64,000 bases of DNA from Armatimonadia bacterium (GTDB taxonomy: Bacteria; Armatimonadota; Zipacnadia; Zipacnadales; UBA11051): the NCBI GenBank assembly GCA_039683575.1, contig JBDKRC010000196.1, positions 23,720 to 87,719 on the forward strand. The letters run 5' to 3'. Of the stretch, positions 36,959 to 46,803 are shown piece by piece. Every line of letters starts with the position of its first letter. Position 1 is the first letter of the stretch. Both the position numbers and the translations under genes were made by a program. The notes beneath the pieces are model-generated. The model ran no database searches. It worked only from the letters and a program-made list of their open reading frames with translations, and was not told the DNA's origin.

Positions 36959-38173
36959 CTACAACCCAAACCCCTGGTAGACCTCCGGCAACAGCAGCAT
37001 CGGGCCCTGCAGCGGCGGCTCTTGCAGCAACGCCTGCCCCGCCACATGCTTGAACATGCTGCTCTCGCTGCCCGACAAGGCCCCCAGCAGCCCCGTGCTC
37101 TCGCCGTAATACCTCAGCTTCGGCTCGCCCTTGATCCCGCCCAGCTGCCCGGCAAGCTTCACTGCGTCATAGAAGTTGCCCAGTTGATCCACCAGCCCAA
37201 CCTTCTTCGCCTGGGCCCCGGTATAGATGCGCCCCTCCGCGAGCCCCCGCACCTTCTTGATGTCCATCTTCCGCCCGTCAGCGACGGCCTTCAGGAACTG
37301 CCCGTAGACATCCTGCAAGAGCGCCTGCAGATAGGCCTTCTCTTCCGCCGTCATCGGCCGCTTCCCGGAGCCAATGTCCTTGTACTTCCCGGCGGTCTGG
37401 GTCTGGTCGGTCAGACCGAGCTTCTGCATCAGGCCATAGTATCCCATACCGCCGAAGATCACGCCGATGCTGCCGGTCAACGTCGAGCCCTGCGCCACGA
37501 TCTTGTCACACGAAGACGCCACATAGTAGCCCCCGGATGCAGCCACGTCGGTCATGCAGGCCACGACCTTCTTCTTCGTCCGCAGCCGCACTATCTCCTC
37601 ATAGATCGCATGAGAGGCCGCCGGGCTGCCCCCGGGGCTGTTTATCAGGATGATGACCGACTTAACGTTGTCATCTTTGTAGGCCGCACGGATGTCCTTC
37701 ATCCACCCCCGCGCCCCCGGTCCGCCGCTAAAGAGCCCGCCCCGCCCGCCATCCTGAATGACGCCCGTGATCGAGATCACACCCACCTGGTCCCCCGTCA
37801 GCGGCACAGACGTGCCACCACCAAGCGCCCCGATCATCCCGATCATCAGTATCAGGAATAAGCCCCCGACAATCGCAATTGCGATGATCCACAGCCCAAG
37901 CGCCGACCGCCGGCGCGGCGGCTGCGGCGGCGGAGGGTAGTACCCCGGCCAATACGGCGGCGGCCCTGCCGGAGCCTGAGGCCCGGCGGGCGTTACAGCC
38001 TGCGTAGGCGGCGGGGGTGGTGGCGGCGGAGGAGGGGGTGGCGCTGGATGCGATTCAGCGGCGGCAGGCGCCGGCTCTACCGGGGCCTCCGCGTCAGAGA
38101 CACTGTCCGGGCCTTCCTGAACGCCCTCCGGCTCACCGGTTCCAGGCTCTACTCTCTGTTCATCATCATTCAT
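36959..38173 (-). CDS. sppA: Signal peptide peptidase SppA (36K type) with Pro-rich N-terminal extension
   Basis: INSPGGSP, DVAASGGYYVAS, TGSIGVI, AGKYKDIGS, GRIYTGAQAKKVGLVD. Confidence 0.93.
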   Translation of the reverse strand: MNDDEQRVEPGTGEPEGVQEGPDSVSDAEAPVEPAPAAAESHPAPPPPPPPPPPPPTQAVTPAGPQAPAGPPPYWPGYYPPPPQPPRRRSALGLWIIAIAIVGGLFLILMIGMIGALGGGTSVPLTGDQVGVISITGVIQDGGRGGLFSGGPGARGWMKDIRAAYKDDNVKSVIILINSPGGSPAASHAIYEEIVRLRTKKKVVACMTDVAASGGYYVASSCDKIVAQGSTLTGSIGVIFGGMGYYGLMQKLGLTDQTQTAGKYKDIGSGKRPMTAEEKAYLQALLQDVYGQFLKAVADGRKMDIKKVRGLAEGRIYTGAQAKKVGLVDQLGNFYDAVKLAGQLGGIKGEPKLRYYGESTGLLGALSGSESSMFKHVAGQALLQEPPLQGPMLLLPEVYQGFGL

Positions 38174-38390
38174 GACCAAGCTCCTGAGGTAGAAAGACCT
38201 CGCCGACGGTGGCCTTCTTCTAGAACCTCAGGCCGAGTGTACCATGCCAATCCTGCGCACTGCAAGCTAAGTGACGTTCCGCGAGGCGCTAACGTCTTAG
38301 CTGACGTTTGCTCAGCATCTTCTCCTCACCGGTCAGCAGGTCCTCGCAACTCCCTTGTACAACCATCACCTACACGGAGGGGTGATACCC

Positions 38391-40775
38391 ATGCGCTACT
38401 TGCTTTCGTTGCTCGCGATCTCGATCTCACTGAGCTCTTTCGCGGCGCCCGCCCGCAATCAGAACCTGCTGCTCAATCCTGGTTTCGAGCAGGCCACCAA
38501 GCCTGGCTCAACCGCCTGGCAGCCCTATAACCTCGGCTACAGTCCCTCGACCACAGCCCGTCACGGCCACACCGCAATCTCATGCGCTTCCACTAGCCCC
38601 CAGGAGATACGCGGGGCGATGCAGGAAGTCGTCTTCGACCCGCCCCTGCGGCACTCGTTCCGCATCTCCGGCTGGAGCAAGGCCGAGAACGCGAGCGGCC
38701 AGGACTACTGCCTGTACCTGGACTGTTTCTATGACGATGGCACACCCTTGTGGGGCCAGCGCACGGACTTCTCCCAGGGCACCCATGACTGGGAGTACGT
38801 CGAGAACACCTTCACCCCTGCCAAACCCATCGCGAAGATACAGTACTTCATCCTTTTCCGCCGCTGCACCGGCAAAGTCTGGTTCGATGACGTGTCATTA
38901 AGCCTCTCCCCCTTCGAGCTCGAGGCGGAGCGCATCTTCCCCAGCCTCTACGGCAGCAACACCATCGAGTACACCGGACGCCTCAGCCTCCCCGGTGCCT
39001 GGACCGGCCAGATCCTGCGCGATGGCCGCGAGGTCTACACTCAACGCGGCAAGGGCACCGGCATCAGCTTCAGTTGGTCCGGCAAAGACCCCTCTGGCGC
39101 CCCCCTCGCCCCCGGCCCCTACCAACTCCGCCTCACTGCCAAAGATGACCTGCTGGGCGAGCAGCTAACCATCGACCGCACGGTAACCACCACCAACACG
39201 CCTCGCCGGGGCTACGTCGCCTGGACCGAGAGCAGCATGAACCGGGTGCTCATCAACCGTCTGCCTGAGGTCAAGCGGGAACTGCTCGGTCGCGTCTCCC
39301 TCGCCCGCAACGAGTACGAGAGCTTCCAGGTCGCCCTCCGCACCGCTCCCAACGTCGAGCTCCGCGACTGCCGGGTGACTCTACCAGACCTCACCGGCCC
39401 CGGAGGCGCCAAGCTCACATCCAACTGCCTTCAGTGGCAACAAGTGGGCTTTGTGGACATCAAGGACCTGTCACCCTCAACGGTCCTGCCCGAGGACGCC
39501 GTGCCCGGCTGGTGGCCGGACCCACTCCTGCCCGTCAGCCGCTTCAACGTCAAGCCGGCCATGACCCAAAGCCTGTGGTTCACCGTGTACGCGCCACCCG
39601 GCACCCGCCCCGGGCTGTACACAGGCCAGGTGACGATCACCCCCGCCAACGCCCCGGCCCTGCAAGTGCCTGTCCAGGCCACCGTCTATGACTTTGATAT
39701 CCCCACCCAGGGCCACCTCAAGACCGCCTTCGCCCTGATGGACGGCTATCTGGAGCGTCTCTACGGCCCGCTGACGCCCGAACTGCGCCGCAAGTACGGC
39801 GACTTTGCCCTCAAGCACCACCTCAACCCCGACGACATCTCCCGCACCGACCCGCCCGATCTGGATGATCTCGCGTACTACAACGACCACGGGCTGAATG
39901 CCTTCAACGTCATCAACATGGTAGAACCCCGCGGCAAGCGCACCTGGGTCTGCTACAGCGACCTCGGCGTCTACACGCCAACCTTCAAGCAGCAACTCAT
40001 CGAACGCCTCGATCCCTACGTCGCAGAACTCAAGCGCCGCGGTCTCTACGAGAAGGCCTACGTCTACACCTTCGACGAGCGAGGCAAAGAGTTCTACCCG
40101 ATCATGAAGGAGTACTTCGGCCTCATCAAGGAGCGGTACGGCCTGCCGACGCTGACCACCGCTAAGGTGCCCCAGGAACCCCAGGCGATGCGGGATCTGA
40201 ACATCGACTGGAACTGCCCGGTGTCTTCCGTCTACAACCTCCAGCAGGCAGAGCAGTGCCGCAAGGCCGGGCTAAAGGTCTGGTCCTACGTCTGCTGCGG
40301 CCCCCGCCGCCCCTACGCCAACTTCCTCGGCGAGGACGAACTCATCCAGGGCCGCCTGATCTGGTGGCAGGCCTACCACCAGAAGATGGACGGCTTCCTC
40401 TACTGGGGCCTGAACATCTGGGGACGGAGCAACAACAACTACCTCATAGACCCCGAAAAGGACGGCCCCTTCCTGAAGTGGAGCATCACCACCGGCGGCC
40501 AGGAACAGTGGCTCAAGTGCCTGCACGGCGACGGGGAACTGCTCTACGCGGGCAAGGAGGGCCCAATAGGCTGTATCCGCCTCGCCAACCTCCGCGACGG
40601 GCTTGAAGACTACGAGTACCTCTACCTATTGGCTAGCAAGCAAGGCGGCCTCGAAGCCGCGCGCAAGGCCTGCGAGCCCGTAACCACCAGCCTGACCGCC
40701 TTCACCCACGACCCGGCGGTTCTGGCCCAGCAACGCGACCGCCTGGCCCGCCTGATCACCGCCGCCCACCGTTGA
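38391..40775 (+). CDS. Exported glycoside-hydrolase-like protein (CBM4/9-like + FlgD-like Ig + GH123/DUF4091-like)
   Basis: Signal peptide; NLLLNPGFEQ..GTHDW..VWFDDVSL (CBM); LARNEYESFQV, WPDPLLP, YTFDE, DGFLYWG, GDGELLY, IRLANLRDGLEDYEYL (DUF4091). Confidence 0.78.
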   Translation: MRYLLSLLAISISLSSFAAPARNQNLLLNPGFEQATKPGSTAWQPYNLGYSPSTTARHGHTAISCASTSPQEIRGAMQEVVFDPPLRHSFRISGWSKAENASGQDYCLYLDCFYDDGTPLWGQRTDFSQGTHDWEYVENTFTPAKPIAKIQYFILFRRCTGKVWFDDVSLSLSPFELEAERIFPSLYGSNTIEYTGRLSLPGAWTGQILRDGREVYTQRGKGTGISFSWSGKDPSGAPLAPGPYQLRLTAKDDLLGEQLTIDRTVTTTNTPRRGYVAWTESSMNRVLINRLPEVKRELLGRVSLARNEYESFQVALRTAPNVELRDCRVTLPDLTGPGGAKLTSNCLQWQQVGFVDIKDLSPSTVLPEDAVPGWWPDPLLPVSRFNVKPAMTQSLWFTVYAPPGTRPGLYTGQVTITPANAPALQVPVQATVYDFDIPTQGHLKTAFALMDGYLERLYGPLTPELRRKYGDFALKHHLNPDDISRTDPPDLDDLAYYNDHGLNAFNVINMVEPRGKRTWVCYSDLGVYTPTFKQQLIERLDPYVAELKRRGLYEKAYVYTFDERGKEFYPIMKEYFGLIKERYGLPTLTTAKVPQEPQAMRDLNIDWNCPVSSVYNLQQAEQCRKAGLKVWSYVCCGPRRPYANFLGEDELIQGRLIWWQAYHQKMDGFLYWGLNIWGRSNNNYLIDPEKDGPFLKWSITTGGQEQWLKCLHGDGELLYAGKEGPIGCIRLANLRDGLEDYEYLYLLASKQGGLEAARKACEPVTTSLTAFTHDPAVLAQQRDRLARLITAAHR

Positions 40776-40800
40776 CAGCACAACGGCTGGCTAATATAAT
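40772..40800 (+). promoter_or_regulatory. Consensus sigma70 promoter of tRNA-Leu
   Basis: TTGACA (40772-40777), 17 nt, TATAAT (40795-40800), 9 nt before the tRNA. Confidence 0.85.
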
Positions 40801-40809
40801 GAAGTTCCA

Positions 40810-40898
40810 GCCGGAGTGGTGAAATTGGTAGACGCACGGGACTCAAAATCCCGCGGGGATCAAACCCCGTGCCGGTTCGATTCCGGCCTCCGGCACCA
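40810..40898 (+). tRNA. tRNA-Leu(CAA)
   Basis: Acceptor stem GCCGGAG/CTCCGGC, D loop TGGTAGAC, anticodon arm CGGGA-CTCAAAA-TCCCG, long variable arm, GGTTCGATTCC, encoded CCA. Confidence 0.97.
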
Positions 40899-41124
40899 AC
40901 CTGCTAGTCATCCCGTAGAGGCCCTCCACAGGGCCTCTACGTCTGTTTCCGGCCATGCGTTCACCCGCCATTCCCCCAGGCCTTGACCGTACGCCGTTAG
41001 CCCACCTCGCCAACGCCACTCGTCCCTGTCCACCACCACATATGCGGCCAAAGTGTTTCAATTGCGTGCCTTTCGTGGTATAGTTGACTGTGTCTCACTA
41101 TTCATCAGGAAGGATGGTTACGAT

Positions 41125-41748
41125 ATGCGTCGTGGATTCACGCTGATCGAGTTGCTGGTTGTTATTGCCATCATCGCCATCTTGGCGGCGATCCTTTTCC
41201 CGGTCTTTGCCAAGGCCCGCGAGAAGGCCAGGCAGAGCAGTTGCTTGTCGAACATCAAGCAGCTCACCTTGGCCTCTTTGCAGTACGCTCAGGACTATGA
41301 CGAGCGGATGGTCCCCAACTTCTCCTACATGCCCGCCGGTGTGGCTCTCTACTGGTGGTACGATGTTCTTCAGCCGTACATGAAGAGCACCCAGATCACG
41401 CTCTGCCCCAGCACCAGCGGCTCGGCCGGCCAGTACACCACCCTCCGCCCGCCGGGCCTGCCGAATCCTGCCCTGCTATGCTACGCAGTCAACGCTATGT
41501 ACATCAGTATGGGTGCCGGCAACGGAATCGCCATGGGCAGCATCGATGCGCCCTCCACTACTTTCTGGATCGTGGACAGCAAGGACGCTGAACTCAACGG
41601 CATCGCCGACACCGACTGGGGCAACGCCAACGGCGTCGGCAGCATCGCCAAGGTCCACAACGACGGGGCCAACTGGGGCTTCTGCGACGGCCACGCCAAG
41701 TGGATGATGAGAAGCAAGCAGGCCGACTGGACCCCCGCGAGCGACTAA
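41125..41748 (+). CDS. DUF1559 / prepilin-type N-terminal cleavage protein with H-X9-DG C-terminal motif
   Basis: [53 protein letters not shown]; [15 protein letters not shown]. Confidence 0.93.
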   Translation: MRRGFTLIELLVVIAIIAILAAILFPVFAKAREKARQSSCLSNIKQLTLASLQYAQDYDERMVPNFSYMPAGVALYWWYDVLQPYMKSTQITLCPSTSGSAGQYTTLRPPGLPNPALLCYAVNAMYISMGAGNGIAMGSIDAPSTTFWIVDSKDAELNGIADTDWGNANGVGSIAKVHNDGANWGFCDGHAKWMMRSKQADWTPASD

Positions 41749-41772
41749 CCTGACACGCACCGCCTCAACCAC

Positions 41773-41807
41773 AACAGCCGCCTCCGAAACTGGAGGCGGC
41801 TGTTTTT
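41773..41807 (+). terminator. Intrinsic terminator
   Basis: AACAGCCGCCTCC-GAAACT-GGAGGCGGCTGTT-TTT. Confidence 0.85.
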
Positions 41808-41879
41808 CTGCGTAGAAGCAGGACGACGGCAGAGCGCGCCTGCCCCCCGCCACGCGTCTAGCAACCTATTGTCTTTCTC

Positions 41880-43142
41880 CTACCCGCCCCCGAACGCAAT
41901 CGCCCCCATGTCCGGCGGCCTCTGCCTGGGCTTCCGGTACAGGTCCAACTCAATCAACTCGCTATAGATACCCTTCGCAATGCACGGGCTCGCGCTGCTG
42001 AGACGGAAATTCACCCCCGGACGCACGAAGAGCGGGTTGCGCGCGATGCTGTTCCCACCGGTACCCGGCGCCCGTCCCCCCAACTCCGCGCCGCCGTATG
42101 CGCTGTCTCCCGCCATGATGGCCCCCTCTCCCCTCGTCGAGTAGTAGCAGTTGTAATCCTCATCGGGCAGCCTCGCCGCCTCACACTTCACCAGCGCATC
42201 GTAGAAGATGCTGTTGCGTATCACGCAGCCTCGGACGTTCGGGGTCTCAAGCCGCAGCCCTTCCGACCCGTTCGCGCCCAGCGTGCAGTTCCAGAACTGC
42301 AGCCTCTCCCCCGCGCACCCGATGCCCCCTCCGTCGTTCGCATACACGAGACAGTTGATGACCCAGCACCCGCTCCCCCACAGCTTCAAACCCCAGCCGC
42401 TGTTGTCGTACGCCTGACAGCGTTCGATCACCGTACCGCCCGGCTTGAGGTCAAATCCGCTGTCGCCTGCCCCGTATGACACGCAGTCGCGCACCACCAC
42501 ACCCCGGCTGAGCCCCTCGATGGCGATGCCATCGGTGTTCCCGGTCCGCCCGCTCGCGGCACTCCGCCCGCAAGTCGTCCTCTCGATCAGCACCCCCTTC
42601 ACGCCCGAGACGTCTTTCTGCCCGATCAGAATCCCATTCCCGTTGTCATGCACATAGCAGTCGAGAATGCGCAGTTCGCTGCCGTCCTTGACCCGCAGCG
42701 CTTCCTGGCACACGCTCACCTCGCAATCCCGGAAGGTCAACCCCTCCCCACCCGTCTGGAACCCGATCCCAATCGCCGCATTCTGCAGCCTCAGCCCCTC
42801 CAGCGTCAGGTTCCACATCCTGTCCCAGTCCGTCCCGACGCAGTACATGCCCCCTTCGCCGTCTATGACCACCCGGCGCGAGTTGATAGCCTTATATACA
42901 ATCGCCCTCTCCCCCCTCGCTATCCCGTCAAACCGCACCATCTCCCTGTAGACCCCGTCAGCGATCAGAACCACATCCCCCGGACCGACCCGCCGCACCG
43001 AGTGCCCGATCGTTCGCCAGGCCGTGCTCAGGCTAGTCCCCTGGTTGCCATCATCCCCGCCGGGGCTGACATAGTACGAAGCCCCCTCTCCCACGGACGC
43101 CATAATCACTGCCCACGCTACCAGCACCACGCCTCTCCGCAT
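41880..43142 (-). CDS. Exported right-handed beta-helix protein (DUF1565 N-terminus, choice-of-anchor-Q-like end)
   Basis: YYVSPGGDDGNQGTS..AWRTI..GPGDVVLIADGVYRE, beta-helix repeats, NPLFV..NFRLSSASPCIAKG..PDMGA. Start ATG 43142; the ORF-track extension runs through REPs. Confidence 0.78.
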   Translation of the reverse strand: MRRGVVLVAWAVIMASVGEGASYYVSPGGDDGNQGTSLSTAWRTIGHSVRRVGPGDVVLIADGVYREMVRFDGIARGERAIVYKAINSRRVVIDGEGGMYCVGTDWDRMWNLTLEGLRLQNAAIGIGFQTGGEGLTFRDCEVSVCQEALRVKDGSELRILDCYVHDNGNGILIGQKDVSGVKGVLIERTTCGRSAASGRTGNTDGIAIEGLSRGVVVRDCVSYGAGDSGFDLKPGGTVIERCQAYDNSGWGLKLWGSGCWVINCLVYANDGGGIGCAGERLQFWNCTLGANGSEGLRLETPNVRGCVIRNSIFYDALVKCEAARLPDEDYNCYYSTRGEGAIMAGDSAYGGAELGGRAPGTGGNSIARNPLFVRPGVNFRLSSASPCIAKGIYSELIELDLYRKPRQRPPDMGAIAFGGG

Positions 43143-43250
43143 CGCCACACCTCTTCGCCGATCCTGTTGTGGTAGACGTCTCCGCCAACCCCGCACCTCA
43201 ACCAGCCGTCCTGGGTGTAACCTGCTGTTGTCGGTAGCCGTGTCGTCGGA

Positions 43251-43359
43251 CTGTAGGGCGGGGGCTCCGTACCCCGCCGCGTGTGGCGATGGGTAATTGT
43301 AAATGACGGCCGGCGGGGTACGAGCTGCGATGCAGACATCGCCAAGCCCCGCCCTACAG
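43251..43359. repeat. Inverted REP family A pair (REPIN-like)
   Basis: CTGTAGGGCGGGGGCTCCGTACCCCGCCG (43251-43279) and a reverse-oriented copy at 43311-43359. Confidence 0.88.
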
Positions 43360-43390
43360 TGGGGAGTCACACCCGGCCATCCTCCCTCGC

Positions 43391-43419
43391 TTGACAACCG
43401 GCACACTCACCACTAAAGT
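43391..43419 (+). promoter_or_regulatory. sigma70 promoter
   Basis: TTGACA (43391-43396), 17 nt, TAAAGT (43414-43419). Confidence 0.6.
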
Positions 43420-43456
43420 GAAACTCGTTCCTGTTTGCCCGTGTGGAGGCGTGACA

Positions 43457-44371
43457 GTGTTTGGCTCAATCCCCCATTTCCCCGACCTCGCCCCTCTCGA
43501 CTGGGACCACAAGCCCGTCCTGGACGCCATCTTCGCCGACCTCAAGCCCGCCATCTCTGAATTCACCTTCACCAACCTCTACATCTGGCGCCACGCCTAC
43601 GGGGCCCGGATCACCCGCTTTGGCGATGACGCCCTGTGCCTGATCTCCTGGCGCCCGGATCCCGAGGACAGCTTCGTTTTGCCCCCTCTCGGCCCCGGCG
43701 CCTCACTCGATCACACCCGCGAATGCCTCGCTTTACTGGCCCGCGAGGGCCATGATCCCAAGCTCTGCCGCGCCCCTCAGGACGCGATAGCCTCCCTTGG
43801 CCTCACCGCTGCCGACTGGATCATCGAATCCGACCGCGACGACTGGGATTATGTCTACAAGGTCGAAGACCTCATCGCCCTCCCCGAGGATCGATATCCG
43901 GACAAGGTCCGCCATATCAAGCAGTTCGAAAAGCGCTTCACCTACGAGTACCGCCGCCTCACTCCTGATCTTGTCCCCGCCTGCCAGGAACTGCAGGACC
44001 TCTGGTGCGACGAGAAACACTGCGACCTCTACTCCACCCTCCGCGCCGAATCCAAAGCCGTCAAGGAGATCCTCGCCCGCCTCGACAGCTCTGCCCTCAA
44101 GGGTGGAGTGATCCTCGTCAACGACCGCGTTCAGGCTTTCACTCTGGGCGAGCCACTCAACGACGACACTGTCGTCATCCACATCGAGAAAGCCTCCCCA
44201 GACCTCCACGGCGCCTTTCAGGTCATCAACCGCGAGTTCCTGCGCAACGAGTGGTCGGGCTGGCAATACGTCAACCGCGAGCAGGACGTAGGCGACCCCG
44301 GCCTGCGCAAAGCCAAGGAAAGCTACCTCCCCGCCAAGATGATCGAGAAGTTCACAATCCGCCCTCGCTAA
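43457..44371 (+). CDS. DUF2156 / phosphatidylglycerol lysyltransferase C-terminal-like GNAT protein
   Basis: SEFTFTNLYIW, DRDDWDYVY, VIHIEKA, GAFQVIN, YVNREQDVGDPGLRKAKESYLP; GTG after GGAGG. Confidence 0.85.
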   Translation: MFGSIPHFPDLAPLDWDHKPVLDAIFADLKPAISEFTFTNLYIWRHAYGARITRFGDDALCLISWRPDPEDSFVLPPLGPGASLDHTRECLALLAREGHDPKLCRAPQDAIASLGLTAADWIIESDRDDWDYVYKVEDLIALPEDRYPDKVRHIKQFEKRFTYEYRRLTPDLVPACQELQDLWCDEKHCDLYSTLRAESKAVKEILARLDSSALKGGVILVNDRVQAFTLGEPLNDDTVVIHIEKASPDLHGAFQVINREFLRNEWSGWQYVNREQDVGDPGLRKAKESYLPAKMIEKFTIRPR

Positions 44372-44603
44372 CCACCTCTCCCGCGTGGTAGGCATGCTCC
44401 GCATGCCGGAACATGCTTCACGTGTCCTCCCATATAAGCAGGTCTACAACTCAGGGATTCCGGCCAAAAACTTCGAAAGCACCCCGTCCCCGCCTCCGCC
44501 TCTGCCTTTCACGTTTCACGTTTCACGCCTTTTCCCCCCCTGAACAATCATCTTCTACCCGCGTCTCTTCCCCTTGACGATGCTTCGTCCGGGAGGCCCA
44601 CCC

Positions 44604-44993
44604 ATGCCTGATTTCTCCGATCCCTTCAGCGGCCGGCAACTAGACCGTGCCATGACCCTCGGTGAGTTGGCGCGTGCCCTGCGCCTGTCCATCGCCGCGG
44701 AACTCGAGGCCATTCACCTCTATGAGTCCATGGCCGACTCGACCGACAACGACCTCGCAGCCGCGGTCTTGCGCGACATCGCCAACGAAGAGCGGGTCCA
44801 CGTCGGCGAGTTTCAGCATGTGCTGAACTTGCTGCTTGAGGATGAAGTGGGGTATCTGCAGGCGGGTGCGGCCGAGGTTGACGCAATGAACGCTGCTCTG
44901 AGCGGCGAAGCCCGCGCTGCGGCTTCAGAGCCCGCTGTGGAGGCTGCAGAGCCTCCTGCCGCCCCCATTCTGACTGTTGGTTCCTTGCGCTGA
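44604..44993 (+). CDS. Ferritin-like (rubrerythrin-type) encapsulin cargo protein
   Basis: AAELEAIHLYE and DIANEERVHVGE diiron motifs, Ala/Pro/Glu linker, C-terminal LTVGSLR cargo-loading peptide; immediately upstream of the encapsulin. Confidence 0.88.
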   Translation: MPDFSDPFSGRQLDRAMTLGELARALRLSIAAELEAIHLYESMADSTDNDLAAAVLRDIANEERVHVGEFQHVLNLLLEDEVGYLQAGAAEVDAMNAALSGEARAAASEPAVEAAEPPAAPILTVGSLR

Positions 44994-45043
44994 AGATGCG
45001 GTGGAGTCCGTCGGCAGCTCCGGCGGGAAAAGGAGATTGGGAA

Positions 45044-45853
45044 ATGAACGTGGATTATCTGGATCGCGCCGAGGCCCCCTTCGGTCCTGACGTCTGGGCC
45101 AAGCTTGACGAGACCGTCGTGGGCGCAGCCAGCAGCCAACTTACCGGCCGGCGTCTACTCGAGATCGAAGGACCTCACGGCCTGGGGCTCAAATCCATCG
45201 CCGGACCGGACGAGGACCTCATTGGCGACGTGGAGTCCACCGTCTGCCTTAGCCCGGTGACGCCCGTGCCGACCATCAAGCACAGCTTCACACTGCCGAT
45301 GCGCGATGTGGCCAACTACGAAACCACCGGCGTGCTCTTCAACGTCCGCGCCGTAGCCACTGCCGCAATCCAGGTCGCCCGGCGTGAGGATGACATAATC
45401 TTCAACGGCATACCGGACCACGGCATACCGGGCCTACTCAACATTTCGGACGCCGCCACCATCAACCTCAACCCGTGGACCGAGCCCGGCATGGCCTTCG
45501 AGAATATCATGGAAGCCGTCAACGTCCTCGACGACCGCGGCCTCCACGGCCCGTATGCGCTAGCGCTCTCACCGCCGCTGTACAACGCACTCTTCCGCCT
45601 CTACCCCAACGGCGGGCCCGCCGAGCTTGAGCAGGTCCGCATGATGGTCACCGGCGGGATCATCAAGAGCCCGTCCATCGCCAACGGTGGCGTGCTGGTA
45701 GCCGTAGGCAAGCAGTTCCTGTCCCTGGTCATCGGACAGGACCTGGTAACCGCCTACGTCGGCCCACAATGCGGCGAGTTCGAATTCTGCCTGATGGAGA
45801 GTCTGGTCCTGAAGGTCGCCCTACCGCAAGCCGTCTGCGCCATCACCGGCTAG
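45044..45853 (+). CDS. Family 1 encapsulin shell protein (Linocin M18)
   Basis: DYLDRAEAPFGPDVWAKLDE, GRRLLEIEGPHGLG, REDDIIFNG..GIPGLL, GPYALALSP..Y, LVIGQDL, FCLMESL. Confidence 0.92.
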   Translation: MNVDYLDRAEAPFGPDVWAKLDETVVGAASSQLTGRRLLEIEGPHGLGLKSIAGPDEDLIGDVESTVCLSPVTPVPTIKHSFTLPMRDVANYETTGVLFNVRAVATAAIQVARREDDIIFNGIPDHGIPGLLNISDAATINLNPWTEPGMAFENIMEAVNVLDDRGLHGPYALALSPPLYNALFRLYPNGGPAELEQVRMMVTGGIIKSPSIANGGVLVAVGKQFLSLVIGQDLVTAYVGPQCGEFEFCLMESLVLKVALPQAVCAITG

Positions 45854-45907
45854 TCAACCCGGCTGCCTGTAGGAGCGGTCACCAGACCGCGATTTCGCGC
45901 GCTCCCG

Positions 45908-46654
45908 CTAACGCGGCAACCGCGCCAACTCGCCTCTCAGCTCAGCATACAACTCCGCTGTCCAGGCCGGCAACTCCAGCCCCCTGGGCAGCTTTCGCTT
46001 CCGGAAATCCACCGGCGACAGCACCACCCGCACGTTCTCCCGCCCCGTCTCCGCCACCAGCACAAACAGCTCCTCCGCCACCTCATCCCCCATAGCCAGG
46101 CACCCCGTCGACGCCATGCCGCCATGGATCATGATATCCCCGCCGAGCTTCGTCCGCCCCTCCGCCGCCGCCCGCTTCCGGTCCGCCTCATTCGGGTACG
46201 ACACCCGTAGCGCCAGATGAAACTTGCTGTTGGGGTTCAGCGACTCCACCCCGTACACTCCCTCGGGCACCTGGCAGTCCCCCTCGCGCAGCTTCGGCCC
46301 GGTCTCTCCGCTCGCCCCCAGTATCGGGTACTCAACCACATGCCGCAGTTTCTCCCCCCGCCCCGCCGCATACACCTCCAGCCGCCGCTCCTGCTTTAGC
46401 CCCAGCAGCACCACTTCCGCCGGCGGGTAGGCCACCTTCGCCTTCTTGAACCGTGGCAGAATCCTCTCCCGCACCGCCGGCCCAAACTCCTCTACCCTCT
46501 CCTCGACCGTCTTGCGTGTCTTCACCTGCTCCTTCTCCACCTCCTTGCCCTGCCGCGCCATCCTGCGTCCCGGCAGCAGCACACCCACTGCCGCTACCAG
46601 CGCCAGCACCACCAGCACCCACCCCACTATCGTGCGCTTTGAGGAACGAACCAT
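45908..46654 (-). CDS. L,D-transpeptidase family (YkuD; YafK/DpaA-like)
   Basis: GPKLREGDCQVPEGVY, NPNSKFHLALRVSYPN, GGDIMIHGG..STGCLAM; N-terminal TM. Confidence 0.88.
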   Translation of the reverse strand: MVRSSKRTIVGWVLVVLALVAAVGVLLPGRRMARQGKEVEKEQVKTRKTVEERVEEFGPAVRERILPRFKKAKVAYPPAEVVLLGLKQERRLEVYAAGRGEKLRHVVEYPILGASGETGPKLREGDCQVPEGVYGVESLNPNSKFHLALRVSYPNEADRKRAAAEGRTKLGGDIMIHGGMASTGCLAMGDEVAEELFVLVAETGRENVRVVLSPVDFRKRKLPRGLELPAWTAELYAELRGELARLPR

Positions 46655-46803
46655 CCCACTTCTCCCAATCGCCCAAAAAGAGAACGGAGCCTTCGCGCCG
46701 CGATCTGCCTGGTCAGAAGTCACCAGGATCCCATCGGCGTGAAGGCTCCGTCCCCATCTTGACCAGCTATCTCGTCTACCGGCCTCAGCCCCCGCGTCGC
46801 CGG

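Noticed and set aside
43143-43406. REP-encoded N-terminal extensions in the ORF track (also 48091-48309)
   Set aside because: Better starts with an SD and/or signal peptide lie downstream (43142, 48090), so these REPs are intergenic, unlike the polA case.
45044-45853. Phage major capsid protein
   Set aside because: The HK97-like fold is explained by encapsulin: a cargo with a targeting peptide is upstream and there is no terminase or portal gene.
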